Shown here: positions 34,121-47,900 of the stretch, in pieces
Position numbering within the stretch: position 1 is the stretch's first letter
Layout of the letters: each line of letters begins with the position of its first letter
Origin: Haplodiscus bocki
Lineage: Eukaryota
Assembly: GCA_965655095.1 (NCBI GenBank)
Contig: OZ296650.1
Coordinates: 63,426,001 to 63,490,000 of the forward strand
Direction of reading: 5' to 3'
DNA: 64,000 nt
The notes under the pieces: model-generated
Databases searched by the model: none
What the model saw: only the letters and a program-made list of their open reading frames with translations
Told to the model about the DNA's origin: nothing
Position numbers and translations under genes: made by a program

Positions 34121-35047
34121 ATGAACTACCTACTCCCTGAATCTTTGCGATTACCCGAGGAACCTGCCTCCTCTATCCAAACTCTACCTACAGATGGCAA
34201 TTCAACTTTATCACTTGCGGGGAATATGTATTCCACCTTACTGCAATTGCGTACACATGTGGAAACAGAAAAGTTGGAGCGAACAACACTCAAGGAACTA
34301 GTACAACGTATTCAAAGAGACTTTGCTCTTTTACAACCTCACATTGAAGCGCTTGACCAAAAAACTGCAAACCAGTCTTCCCCACTAGTATCCCTTGAAA
34401 ACAAAATCAAAATTTTAGAAAAACGTTTCTCCACTGAGACGGGCAGGCACAATGCGAAGCTTAATTCTCTACAACTTCAACTATCTACAATGGGCGATCA
34501 AATTTGCCAGTTCGAACATAGTAATTGCAATTTTGTTTTGTGGAAGGTAACATCTATCAAACTAGTTTTCGAATCTGCCAGACTATGGTATCTAAAGCCT
34601 GGACGAGAATATCCGCCGACCACCCGACTTCGAAGCCCTATCTTCCGATCTCACCCATATGGCTATAATTTCCACCTGAACTTGTATCCTTATGGTTTCG
34701 CTGCTGCTATTGGGACTTGGATGTCTCTTTCACTTTCTGTATCGGCTGGCGAATATGACGACATCTTAACCAGGCCTATTTCTAAAACAATTCAAATCAA
34801 AGTGCGGGATCAACTTAACCCTCTGAATGCCTGGAGCCAGACCATTGAACCCAGAGAATTAACACGACCTACAACCACTGACTTCTCTACAGTGCCAACA
34901 GTTCGGTACCCGTACTTCTTCCCGCATACGAAACTTTTTGAAGAAACTGATGGCTACTTTGGTAATGACACTATGTACTTTGAAATTTCTTTCTTTGACC
35001 CCCCAATACCACCTACCCAGTCTTCTCTACTTTTTCCTTTTCCGTAG
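34121..35047 (+). CDS. TRAF-like protein: coiled coil plus MATH/TRAF-C domain, no RING or zinc fingers (308 aa)
   Basis: FVLWKV, SPIFRSHPYGYNFHLNLYPYG, GTWMSLSL..GEYDDIL..P, VRDQ and GYFGNDTMYF match the TRAF-C consensus (SP.FYT..YGYK..L.LY.NG...GTHLSLF..GEYD.LL.WPF...DQ). Intronless. Confidence 0.93.
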   Translation: MNYLLPESLRLPEEPASSIQTLPTDGNSTLSLAGNMYSTLLQLRTHVETEKLERTTLKELVQRIQRDFALLQPHIEALDQKTANQSSPLVSLENKIKILEKRFSTETGRHNAKLNSLQLQLSTMGDQICQFEHSNCNFVLWKVTSIKLVFESARLWYLKPGREYPPTTRLRSPIFRSHPYGYNFHLNLYPYGFAAAIGTWMSLSLSVSAGEYDDILTRPISKTIQIKVRDQLNPLNAWSQTIEPRELTRPTTTDFSTVPTVRYPYFFPHTKLFEETDGYFGNDTMYFEISFFDPPIPPTQSSLLFPFP

Positions 35048-35076
35048 AGAACCCCAATCAATTTCAACACCTTGTC

Positions 35077-35087
35077 AGTGGGGTGAG
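35077..35087 (+). promoter_or_regulatory. Polypurine tract
   Basis: AGTGGGGTGAG lies 1 nt before the 3' LTR. Confidence 0.7.
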
Positions 35088-35088
35088 T

Positions 35089-36969
35089 TGTCGCGTTAGA
35101 CCTAACGCTAAACAGCCATAATAATAAACGTTAAACTGAAGCTATAACGCTAACCAGTAGCCATAGTATTAAAGAGTGCTAGTCTTGAATTTACGTTAGC
35201 AATAACGCTAAACAGTCCATAACGCTAACTAGTGCAAGTTCTAAATTTAGCAATGACGTAAAAGAAGTAATAATAGCAACTTACCGTTTGAAGGGATAGT
35301 TGTTGGAGAGCGGTAACAAATTTGGAATTGCACATTTTGAAGCTTCAAAATTGCGCTGCCATGCTTCAAACTGATAAAACGAAGCCTTTCTATTTGTTAC
35401 CCCCCGTTCTCGGAAGTTTGATTTTATTGCTTCCCGAACGGCACACCCTGCTCTTTTTGGTTCGAATTTTTGACACTTTTTGACAGATCACCATATTTGG
35501 TGCTCCTTGGCGCACGGCTTACCGTACTTGGTCATAGCCTTGAAAAGTACGAGGGCTCCGCCATTTTGAACGCCGGCCGCCAAAACGAGAGCTCATAACT
35601 TTCCTTTTCGCCTACCGTTGACTACCACCTCCAAAACAGCGAAATTACTAAATTTCTTAATTTTCCCTACAAGAACCATCGAAAACTTCAGAAAATTATA
35701 ACTTTCGAACAAAATTCCAATCTTCTTAAAAACTGGCCAAAACTTCTTCAAAGACGGAATAATTCTACTATTCACAAAGAAACAGAAAACTACTATCCAA
35801 AGACCAAACAGCCCAACGGAAGGAATCGAAAGCAGCGTATTGGAAAATTCTAAAAGTATTGAACAAAATGTTAGTATCTAAAATAACTAACCCCTGGCAG
35901 AGTACATCTCGCCAGGAAACTTAGTATTTAAGATCGGGCCTGTTAGCATATACTCTAAAGAGGAGCTAACGGATGACCACGAGCCTAAAAGGACGTGTGA
36001 GACTCACAGAGTTCCCGAACCATAAGAGAAATTGCTCGGTGGCTACTTCCGTTTGGGGTTGTGCCCTTTGTCGGCTGCCTCCATTAAAGTGAAATGATGC
36101 CGAGTCTTAGATAAAAACTAACACTAACCCAGACTTCGATCAGAAACAAACGTCAGAGGCACATTGATTCTTACTCAATGTTTTAAATTCCTGACCCTAA
36201 GAGAAATCGCTCAATTGCTACGCTGAAGCAGAGTTACCGTGTCATAGCTACTAACCTAACACCTCTGATCGAAGCTGAATTAATTTAAAGTAAAATTGAC
36301 TTAGAGGATTAATTGTAAAATGAGCTGTTAGAAAAGGCGGAAAATTGTACCTTCCGTCCTAATGTAACTTTTAGCAGGTTGACGGTGCTCAACTACGACT
36401 CATCTCCTAAACAGGTGAGAAAAAGTATTATAACCAATGCTATTATAGTTTTACTGGTTTTACATCTTATTTTTGAGCGAAATAAAACGCGTGCAACAAT
36501 TTTCTTTTGAAATTTATCTAAAAATTTGGATTTATAATTCTGTCATAAAGTTGTCTGGGTATAGATAAATTCTGAGCAAATAATTTTGGATAATACAGTT
36601 GCTAACTTCTTTACTTTGAATGAAACTGGAATAGAGTGAAATTTGAGCTAAATTCTTTATGCTAGAACTGTACCGTCACCTTTGTGCACTCGCTACTAAG
36701 TTTACCAGTATTGTATTTGAAGCCATAACTTTATTTCAATATTATAACTGTTAACCCTGAATAAAATCTCTGCAAATTCTTAAACCACTTCATAGCAATT
36801 CACTAAGTCCTTGCCAGCGAATTAACGCAATACTTTGTTCACGCGGGCCGGCAAGGCATTTTTGAGACTTAAGTTGTTTAAATAGCAACGGCCGCACACC
36901 AACAAGTGAAGGACTTTTGTCAACTTGGAAATTGAACTAAATAAATTTAAACTACTAGACCGCGCGACA
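35089..36969 (+). repeat. 3' LTR
   Basis: Direct repeat of 18626-20506, followed by the TSD CTAT. Confidence 0.98.
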
Positions 36970-39900
36970 CTATTTTTTACTCTCTCTGCTATTAGAGCTA
37001 TTCAAGAAAACAACTGCCTGTATTTCTTCCATCATAGTTCCGATCGCTTTTTTCATTTTTTTTGTTTATTTGTTTGTCAAAAGATAAAATGATACTGTTG
37101 TCTTCAGTTTTGTTCATTCCTTGAGAATGCTGACTGGCCGAAACAGACAAAAAATACTTTTATATTTCACACTTTTTGAAACGTGGAAGGAATATCATCC
37201 ACTCCACGCGATGCATTTTTTACGTTTTCCTGCCAATTGTGCGACAAGAATGCCCAGACTCAATTTGAAAATCGTTTACCATCAAACTGTTGCAAATTTA
37301 TTGTAAAGTGCGACTTAACAAGTAAGATTTCCCAAATACGTTTGATTTTTGGGTTTTTCTGAAAAGAACAGATGGAAGGCGGTCAATTTGCCGTAAAAAT
37401 GCGTATCTAAAAAAAAATTTTTTTTTCAATGCCAGCTTAATTGTGAAGTTTTCTTCCAAATTATTCATACAATTTTTCAATTGGGAGAAATTAGAAAACA
37501 TATGAAAAATGAGTATTTCCTGAAAGAAAACCTTCTCATCCTTTCAAAAGACGGATTGTAAAAAATTGTAGGGTAGAAAATTTGCTGGCGCTAGCCGGTT
37601 GTCTTGATATTGATGACATCTCTCCGCTTTGTGCTCACATATCACCAAAATTGCTAGTTTGATTTTTTAAAGCAATGTCTCAGTCGACATATTTCATTTA
37701 GCAAGAAAAAAATTGGAAAAGAAGATATGCCATATTGTTCATTGCATTGTCGAAAAATGTAATTAGCAATGACATTTGATATTGAAACTCATTTTGCTCC
37801 AAAACAACTGGCTGGGTTTTTCTCATCAATGTTTCTGTAGAACGTAATAAGTTTTTAACGAATTATTTGAAGCTATTGCCTTCCATTTTGTTGCTTGCTT
37901 CAGGCACATTACCTGGAAGACGGACAAGGTCAAATAGTATCGATTTTTCAGGTTTTGAAAAAAAAATTTTAAGTATCCCATTTTGAAATCCTACTTTCCA
38001 CTTCTTGATTGGCAAGTTTTTAGTCTGGAAAGCTATTTGTTTTTAATGTAACCGGTGCTGCTACTTGCGTTTGATGTTTGTTGGTCTCTAAATTGTCAAA
38101 AATGCCTATTGATTTTGATTGACATGGTTTTTGAAAATCAAATTCTTACAACATTTCTTGGAATAAAGTCTTTGTCGACAGCTCTTGTAAAGCGCATTAA
38201 ATAAATGTAGCTGACGGTTCGCTCTTCGCATGGCAAATCTGATATTCTGGTTCTCCCTCAAGTTGCAGTTCATGTCGTTTTTTTAAAAGAAAATTCGCGT
38301 TCCGTCCAAAGTACCCTGTCTAGTTGTTTGATGCATATTCGATCAATCATATTTGCGCCCTTTCGCTAGAAAGTATCGCAGAGCCCTTGCGATTCTTGTT
38401 TGTTTTCTGTTCTGACATTGAACAAGAACCCTTAACAAATACCCTTAACAAAATAATGGCTGACGCAAAATTCACAAGTGTACACAAAACAGGATACGAG
38501 CTCAATTTGTGAACCTGCCCTAGAGCTAATATGCGAAAACAAAGCAGCAGAATTTCTTTGAGTCAATATTTTATCACGCCTTGATAATTCAAGTTATCCA
38601 TCATAGTGCTGATTCCGCTTCAGAATAATTTGTGAAAATTACCTTTTCGGACTCAGTGTAAGAAAGTTGCATACACTCCGAACTTATTTATGCGACTTCT
38701 ACTTTGATGCCTGGGATAAGCGCCCTTTGTTCCTATGATTGACGAGTGAGCCCAGTATGATTTTAGGCGAGCGGAGCGAAGCCTATTCGCACAATGACAC
38801 GCCAAAATGATTTCGTTTTTTCCTGTCCGTGACGTCCCACTGCGTTTCATCTCTTTAAATCTTTTTTTTTCTCAACACCTATTGGTCGGATTTATCAGAT
38901 TTTTGGATAACCACTATGAGAAGTTCCGGATCTATCAGATCTCAAATTTCCAGCCGCCGAAATTTTGTTTGGCGAGTTGTTAACGAAAAAAAATCAATTT
39001 TCGGATTTTTTAGAGGGCAAGGGCTATGTTTTTGAGTCCTGTCTCTACATTTCTCTACATTAAGCTTGGAAATGCTAATGTTTTCGCACTAATCGATGGA
39101 ACACCCTTCAAATGAACGGCGTGCTTTGGTGTTTTTTGTCAGATTTTTTTCCAACCAGTGTTTGTAAAAAAAAGATAAAGTTTGGAGTTTTTGAACTTTT
39201 TTGGAGACATATTCGACATACCTAATGTCCAATGCGTGTCTTAACTTTGACGTCCCTTTTCTACAAACGAATTAACACGATTCGTGGGCTTTTCATTTAG
39301 TTACATTGACGGGATTGTAATTGACTGGGGCCGAAGTTTTTTGCTGCTGAAAAAAAATGTCGACGGCGAGTTTTTGGCGGAAACAATTAAAAACCGAGGA
39401 TTTTACAGAGAACAAATGCTACTTTATCGCTGTTTCCAGGGCTCAGATAACTTGGTTGGTCTACCGACGTTATCTATTTTATAAAGCAACAAATATTAGA
39501 TGATATAGCTTATAGTTAAAATTTTTTCAGCCTTTCTTCAGATGAATTTTGGCGAAAATGTCTTGGGAAAAAATCTGATATTTCATCTTTATTTCAGTAA
39601 TTTTGTCTCTGTTAAAGCCTGCAAATGCCTTGCTTGGTTTGACCTATTGGTAAACTGAATTGTTGGAAACAAATAAACACTATAGTGACGAAAACATTCA
39701 GGCTTTTTCGTTTTTTTTTGCACTTTTGTCATCGCTAAGGCTTGCAATTGCCTTGGTTGGTTTATATATTTGGTGAACTGTTTCGCTGGAGACGGGAGAC
39801 ATTATGGTGTATGACCAGTTGCTTTGTTCCTTTCTCCGATGGAGAATTGGTTTATAATTTTTTGAAAACAGTCGAGAAACTGACGGTTTTTGGTTTTTTG

Positions 39901-42611
39901 GTCTTTATCAAGGCCTATAGTTATCTTCGTTAGTTCGGTCAATTGGTAAGTTGACTCTCAGAACACACTGACACAATGCAGCAAGTGGGATAAGATTCTG
40001 TAATTTTTCCCGCATTGTTTTGGTGGATTTTTTTCCGATAAAATAGAAAGTTTCGTGTTTTTGTAGCGAAATATAGGCCGTGAGGCTTCCAAGTGGCTCC
40101 TTTCCTGCAGTATTTTTGTTCAATTGTTTCAATACGAGCAGATTTTGTCTTTGTTAAGGCTTCTGTTCTTCACGAACCTTGCGCAAAAAACTTTTGCGCC
40201 TGTGTTTTGTTTTTTTTTCGTTTCTTACAATAGATAAGCCGGGAACGGCCCAAGTGGGCACCGCAATTGGAGCAGGAATATCCATAAGGGTGTCCTGTAC
40301 CTCGAGAAAATTTCGGACCGAACTTCCGAATTTAACACTATTTAGGTGCGTTATTTTCACCTGTTCTGTACTTGTTAGAAGTCGTTTAAGATGCTTTCCT
40401 CGAAAGACCATCTTCTTTTTGGGCGTGCACGAAACCGACACGTCATCTTCGACAAACACATAGTGAAAAAAATTGAAGATCAAAACTATTCACTGTAATA
40501 CTCGCGAACTTCTTTTTTTGAAAAGCAGCTACTAAAATCCATAGGTGCACGAAAGTGTTTCTGATTCTGACGTATTCAAAGAGGTTTCTGGGAAAATATT
40601 TCATAAGTTGGTTAAAGTGTCCACCCTCGTTGAACTTGTCTGAAATTTTTGTAAGGTACATTAATGTCTGCGGGCGAATATATTATAAGACACAGACACT
40701 TCGCACAACTATAAAACATGTATTTTGATTGTTTTCACTGCTGCAGCATACGTTTGGTCAATTTTTAAGAATAACATAAAAGCGTAAAATATCTCACACC
40801 TATTTCTTCATTACTACTCCATACTTGCTACTTTTTGTTCTCTCTTTGATGCTTTTACCGTTGAGCGATTATTTTCGCACTTATAAGTCAGCGTGGGTAG
40901 CTATGAATTTAATATGTTTTTTCTATTGTAATGCCCGATAAAATTGTAGGGTTGTCTGTTACATTTAAAATTATTTGAGCTGCATCCGAAAAACCAAAAA
41001 ACGCCAAGTTTTTATTTATTTTGCACCTGCCATTTTTTGGAAACAACCTACAAAACCCCGCCTAATTTTACAAAATTCTTTGAAGACACTTTGGTGATAT
41101 CGCAGCAGCAGACGTAACTTAGATATGGAAAGCTTATCATGAATCATCTAAAATTATTCACAAACTGTTTGGTAACATATAAAATCTTACAAAACTTCCA
41201 TGCACGTCAAACTAGACTTTTATTAGGTTCATAACTTTTCAAGCGATGGATGGATTTTGAAACAAAGCCTTAAAAACTTCAAAAATTAGAATATTTGCAA
41301 TAAAGTTTTTCAGAAGTACCAATATATTCATGCAATTTAGGCTCAAAATTTGGTCCCTTGCTAAAATGCAGCGACGGTTACTTCCATGAACTAGTATATT
41401 TCACTAACATCAGCTATTTTGTGAGGTGGAACTTTTAAAATGTACGTTTTTGAGGACTGCTAGTAATGGGCATTGAGACAGTTTTGCAGTCACTCATGCC
41501 AATTCGATTTTTTTCTAACAAACGCTAAATTTACAATTGCTATCGTTGTCATAAAATGTCAATCACTTCTCCGATATCGGTTTGAAATCCTTTTCTAATC
41601 TATGATTTGTACAGTTGGTGTGTATTGATTGTGTATATTTGCTGTCTTTTACACTCCGTCAGATAAGATTCAGGAAAAAAATTCGAAACTTTAGGTTTTT
41701 TGTTTTACTCTTTTCCTTAGCACGCGAGTAATCTATTTTTGATCAAACTGTGAAAACCAGAAATATTTTAAAAATAGGATCACTGCAGTGACGCAGAAAA
41801 CGAAGGAAAGCGAACACAATGATGTCCCACCAACTTGCAAAATCCTTAAATTTAACTGAAGCTGTTGTGAAATATTCAGGAATGCAAAACATGTTACTTG
41901 CAAAATGAACGGAAGTTTAGCGTGTTTCGGGAACCAAAAAAATAGTTTCTTCCAACAAAATGCATGTAAATTCTTTACCAAAGTATGAATTTGACATTCA
42001 ACATTACTGCTTTGGATTTTTTCATGAACTTCCGGGAAAACTTACAAAAAGTGCCTTGCAAAATGTAGAAATTTCTCAAAAACTATTTAAGTATTTTCTC
42101 TCCTTGGAAAATTTATGTGAAAGTTCTTGAAAGTATTACAATACACAAACTTTGACTTTCAGCCTTTTTTCCAATTTTAAGAAACATACAATATTTCGAT
42201 TTTGAATGAAAGTAAAGATGAAAGCTATAGTTTCTGAATACCTAGAAACAGATTTTAGTGTGTTTCCAGTCCAGTCAGGAGGAGCGAAGTTTAAAGAGTT
42301 AGTTTTTCATCCGTGTAGAGGAAAAACGGAAAAAGTTATTCGCCCCCCTAAATTTTCGCGAAACGCACCGCGCAAACCTCATCAAATGTAAAATATACTA
42401 TTCAAAAATGATTTTATCAGAACCGTTTAAAATTATTAATTATTTAATTAACTAACTATTAATTATTAATACAAAATGGCGTGTTTGGTTCTGCTTATTC
42501 AGACAGGTGCAAAAAGTGCAGATAAAGTGCCAAAAAGTGACAGAAATGGCGACAATGTGGCCGATTTTGTCGAAAAATTTGGTATTAGTAACTTTGGAAG
42601 ACATGAACTAA

Positions 42612-42745
42612 CTAGCTCTTAGTGACGACACCATCTTCGAGGTCATGGAAGCCACCACACTTGTTGCCTGCCGGGTCATCCTCTGTGCAGCTACTGTTGC
42701 AGTGGTCGTCTTCGTCAGCACTGGCCGACTTCAATGAGATGTCAG
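42612..42745 (-). CDS. Host gene exon 4: second half of the WSC domain
   Basis: Acceptor TTTTTGCAG, phase 1; translation PDISLKSASADEDDHCNSSCTEDDPAGNKCGGFHDL. It ends either at TAG or at the overlapping GTTAGT donor. Confidence 0.8.
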
Positions 42746-44999
42746 CTGCAAAAATAAACGGTAGCTAGGCAATGCTTATTTGCGAATCAAACTTTCATAC
42801 TCAAACTTGGTCACTTAATTTTTATCCTACTCAAACTCCAATTCCATATACTGAGTGTTATCACCTACCATGATTGAATCCATTTTCAATGTACACTTTT
42901 AGCACAATCTTTTCAAACTAAGAAAAACAGCTACCTCAATTGCTTGAATATGTGCCAAGCCCGCAATATTTCAGTGGCCGAACCGAATTTTTAATTTCTA
43001 CGTAGGTTGCTGCGGTCAAGGACTGAAAACCCTAGAGTATAAGATTATCTTCATTGTTTTAAGGTGAAGTAAAACATATAGGTCTTGTATTGTCCATACT
43101 AGCCAAAAACGCCTTGTAATCGAGTCTGCTGTACAATATCATTTATTTTTAATAAAGTTAGTAAAATTGCCACTTTGACGGTCAATATGATATTTTTGTG
43201 GTTCCAACAAACCTGGCAGGAACGCTTTGAAACGCTTCGAGGTACTTGTATACAAAGTTTGCAGTCAATCACAACAATTTTATTCTCTCACCTCTACCTG
43301 AGACCCCAAAACTTGTAAGCAACCTTAAACTAGAGTCTAAAGAACGTGCACTTGTCAAATGTTGTATCTTTTTGAAGAACCTCCATATCATCGTACGATA
43401 CAACGTGAATTAATACGAAACATTTCTATTCGTCTTTATAAATCTTGTGACTGCCAATTTAGTTACTCAGAGTAAAATTTTTCATATTAACCATGTTTTT
43501 TCAAAAATTTTTTGTCTGTTCCAACTTTCATGATTCGTTCCTGATTCTAGAAATTTATCTGCCTTGATTGGATAGTCAAATTATTTCAATCAACCTTCAG
43601 AAATATTTGGATTACTTATCAATGAACACTTTTACCAATCACTTCAGTCGTCATTTTGAAAGAATGTAAACTTATCACTTGTAATTATGACGCTTTTGAT
43701 GTTTAACATCAACTGAATTGACGCGTTTTGTGATATTTCATTTCTCCATTTTTTTGATACACATTGTATGTTATACTTGAATTGCTGGTATTGGTCAACT
43801 CGAGTTCAATTGGTTCTAAAAACGAAGTTTTATCTTCAATTTTTTTCTACTAAAGCATACAACAAAAGTTTCAAATGAAAAGAGATCTGAAATTAAACTC
43901 GCTAGAAAGTCGAAGACGTAATGCGATTCTAGTGAAATCTAATTTCAGAAATATGGTCGGTGGTTGCTGCTTCACCGGACTGAATAACATTCCTTCTGAA
44001 AATAATTGCACTTGCTAAGGCCGGTGTCAAATATAGGAAAATAAGGCTTCTAAACAGTCGTGACGTAGGCGTTTTGAAAGCGTTTCAGCTTGGTGTTGGT
44101 TGCTCACTGTAACTTGTCAACAAATTGGTAGGTTCAAATTATTGTAAACAAAAATTTACCTTTACTTTTCTAACTTTAAAAAACCGAGGCAGAACTCTGA
44201 TATTGAAACGCAAGAATCGGAAACCAATTTCTGAGGCGACCAAGTGAATAATTTTGGTTTCCAGGAGGCGGCAAGTTCGGCTTCTGTTTGCAAAAACAGT
44301 AGATCCTACTAGATGGATGAGACTTGAAAAAATAGAAGTGTAGAATCGTAGCAGTACAAAGTCCCTTTTTATACCACTTGATCTATGGCTAATTGTGGTT
44401 GATTTCAGCGGCGAATAAAAAGCAAAATCAGCAATCGGTTCATCAAGCACGTGTTTTGCAAATATTTTTCAAACTCCGAAGAATTTAGAGCTGTATCGTC
44501 TTTAACGAATCTGTGGTAAATAAAATAATTTAGAAGACAGAAAAATAATTTCCTGCAAAACAATAAAGCACAAAAAACTCATTTTTTGAAAACGTTAAGG
44601 AATTCTGTCAAATTAGGCAAATACTGCTTTGGTACATCAATTCAGTATAGAGAAGTAAAAATTTGATTTGGATAATAGAAGTGCAAAACATCTTCATTTC
44701 TGGGAGAATTATCGATTTCTGACTTGCTCCAAGGCACCAGAAAACACCAATTTTTGACATAATTTGCAAATTCCTGAACAACTTCTCAAAATTTAGCCCA
44801 CTATCAAAAATCATGCCAGATTTGTAGCCAAAAGTTGAATTGATATGCAAAAAAGACAAAAACTCCACAAAATTGCAAAATTTTCCTTTTTAGTATAATT
44901 TAAACCTCTTTAATTATCAAAACCTTTCCAGAACTTAAACATTCCTATTGACTTTACTGTATTCGTAATTAAACAGCTGATTTACAAAGCAGAAGAGTC

Positions 45000-47900
45000 A
45001 GAATTCCAATTCGCAAAATTAGGAACAAAAATCCACATGAAACTAGCGATTTTCAAAAAAAACCAGGACGAAAAACCAATGGCCTAAAAACTAGACTAAC
45101 AACTATTTCAGACGAAAGCCTTGAGTAGCTAGAGAACAGTTGGTTCTATTCACCGCAAAGATTACGAAAAACAATTCAATTGCTCGAGTTCAACTAACAA
45201 GAGCGACACTTGAGAAAATTAACGGTATTGATTTCAATGATACAAATTCTGTTCGATCCTTATTTTTGGAATTAATTCAAACAAATAATGAACGAAAAAA
45301 GGAATTTACTCTCTTGCGTGATGATTACGAGCAAGTTCCAAATCAAAAGATTTAATAGTAAAGAGAGTGACCAAAGTTCAACGGTTTTCTTCTTTTTTGT
45401 TCCTAACTTTTCATCGAGATCGTGATGGTGGTGAGTGGTACATAAAATAGAGGAAATAATCAGGTCAGTACCAAATCCAAGTGAACCCAACAACATTTCT
45501 GCTTGCCATCATTTAACAGGTAACGGTAAGACTAACCCTAATATCATGAAATTCTTATACAGACATCAACGTGATAACATTCGGAAAAAAAAGGAATTTA
45601 TTCTTTGATACTCAAAACAGGAAACAAATGTCGTACCAATGAAAGATTGGCTGAAACGGATCGAGATCTTTACAATTGTTGTAAGAAAGAAAAGAACCTG
45701 GTAACAGCTAGCCACAAGAATCAAGTACGTGTAAAAAGATTTGAAAACGATAAGAAAAGGTTACCTGTCAATACTCGTAACGAAGCTGATTCCTTCGCGA
45801 ATAACAGCTTTTTCACCAGCGATATGAATTAAAGGGATATGGCAGGCCAACCCAAGAACTCAACTAAAGACGTGAAGAAAACGGCATAAAAACAATCGTC
45901 ATGAAGCCTTCAATTCTCCAACCAATAATGTACAAAACGAAGTATCGAGCCAGAATCACAAATTGGGTAAACTCTGCTCTCTCACTGAGAAACTCTTCAC
46001 AGAATTGGTTGAAAAACAATCTCCGCCGTCCAAAAAATATGCGAACGAGCAATAATATTTTTTGTATCCAAAACAGTGAAGGAACATATTGAGTGGCAGA
46101 ATCATGAGCATAAAATCATGCCAAAATGAAGCTCAAAATAAAATGACTGGGCTACGCTTGAATATACAGTTTCAGAATTTCCATCATCCAGAAATAAAAA
46201 TGCTACTTAAAACTTTGCTGATAAAACCTGACGCCATATTTCTAATTGAACCATAGCTTACTGAAAATGATCTAATAACCAATTTGGATATCAAAGTTAT
46301 CAGCTGATAAAAACAAAACCAAGAAAATGTATGAAGCGAAAATCAAGTTGTGTTGCATTCTTTTCTAAGGAAGAAATAAGTATCTATGTAATTGATTTCG
46401 CAGCAAATATTGATCGCTCAATTTTCCGAGGGTTTTTTTTTAAAACAGTAGGAGTAATATTTTCTGCCTAATCTATTGACTTCATTTAAACTGAATCACC
46501 TTTGTAGAATAGGAAAACTTACTGTACTTCCTGAAACCTTTCAAGGAAGAAAGTCTCATTTTCGGTGATTTTAATATAAATACTTTGAAAAATAAAAAAA
46601 ACGAACAATATTTTGGTAACATATTCCAGGCATTTGGTTTCGAATCACAGTTTTTACCAAATAGGGTAACCCTAACATCAAAGACGTGTATTGATCACAT
46701 GATTACAACTAAAAACAGAAGACAGAAACTCTGGAGACAACCATAAATGACCATTTTGCCGTCATTCCTGAAATAACTTTGAAGTTGGAAAGTGGCAAAC
46801 GAACTGCACCAGTTAAAAAAACTCCAAACCTCAATGAGCTTAAAGGAAAAAACTTTATCGAAACGTTGAACTTTATATTTTACCTGGACCATTATTTGAA
46901 AAAAGAAATCTGACGGCCTGAATGCTGATTCGTAGATGGATGCACTGTCCGAAACTATTATAAAATGTGTGGATAAATATGCTTGAGAAAAATATTTGCC
47001 AGTTTCTGGTAAAACATCTACGGCAAGTTGAATAACTAAAAAAATAAAGAATGCGATAGTACAAAGAGATTGTTTGTTTACAATGGATAGAAAACACTGA
47101 TGAAGCGGAAAAACTTGCTTCTAAAAAGTCTCGTAAGAATGTGACAAGATTGATTTGATAAGATAAAACAGAAGACAATTTTCGTAAGCTTGGTCAAAAT
47201 CCAACCCCGAAACAGATCTACAATACAGCGAAAAGTAAGAACTCACAAAATGACAACTTGGAACAGGTACCGGACATTGAAAAACTAAATGAGTTTTTTT
47301 GTATCTGTAAGCCCAAACTTGGCATGCAAAATCAAAAGTTCGCCCTGTGTATGGAAAATGGAAAGACTGCCGTCCTCAATGGTACTGCAGTCAACAAGCG
47401 AACAAAAAGTTTCTAAAATTTTACGTCAGATGAGAAACAAAAAAGTGCTGGCTTTGATGGAATCTCAAACGGAATCCTGAAATATTGTTCTCCAATTGTT
47501 GAACACTAACTTGCAAAAATAATTAACAATTGCAGTTTAGAGGAAACATTCCTTGACCGCTTGAAAAAGACTAAAGTGTTGCTTTACACAAGAGAGGCAA
47601 TAAAAACCAGCCTGGCAATTATAAGCCAATCAGTTTACTGAGCCCATTGACAAAAGTTTTTGAAAAAGTTCTTTTGAAATGAATGATGAAGTTTTGCGAC
47701 AAGAATAACATACTTCCAAACACCCAGTGTGCTTTTAGACCTAACGCATCTTGTATCCATGCAATTGCAACTGTAAGAGTGTATATTAGAAGTGATTGTG
47801 ATAAAAAATCAACGGGTCAACCGTGCATCAGTGATTTCAGTAAGGCATTTGATACGATCAACCATAAAGTCTTACAAAAAAATTAGAAGCTTACGGCTTC

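Larger units (their letters stand above)
18626..36969 (+). mobile_element. Full-length env-bearing Ty3/gypsy (Metaviridae) LTR element / endogenous virus, 18,344 bp
   Basis: Two 1,881-bp direct repeats at offset 16463 with 7-bp terminal inverted repeats TGTCGCG/CGCGACA. TSD CTAT at 18622-18625 and 36970-36973. PBS, PPT, gag, pol in PR-RT-RH-IN order and env are all present. Confidence 0.98.
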
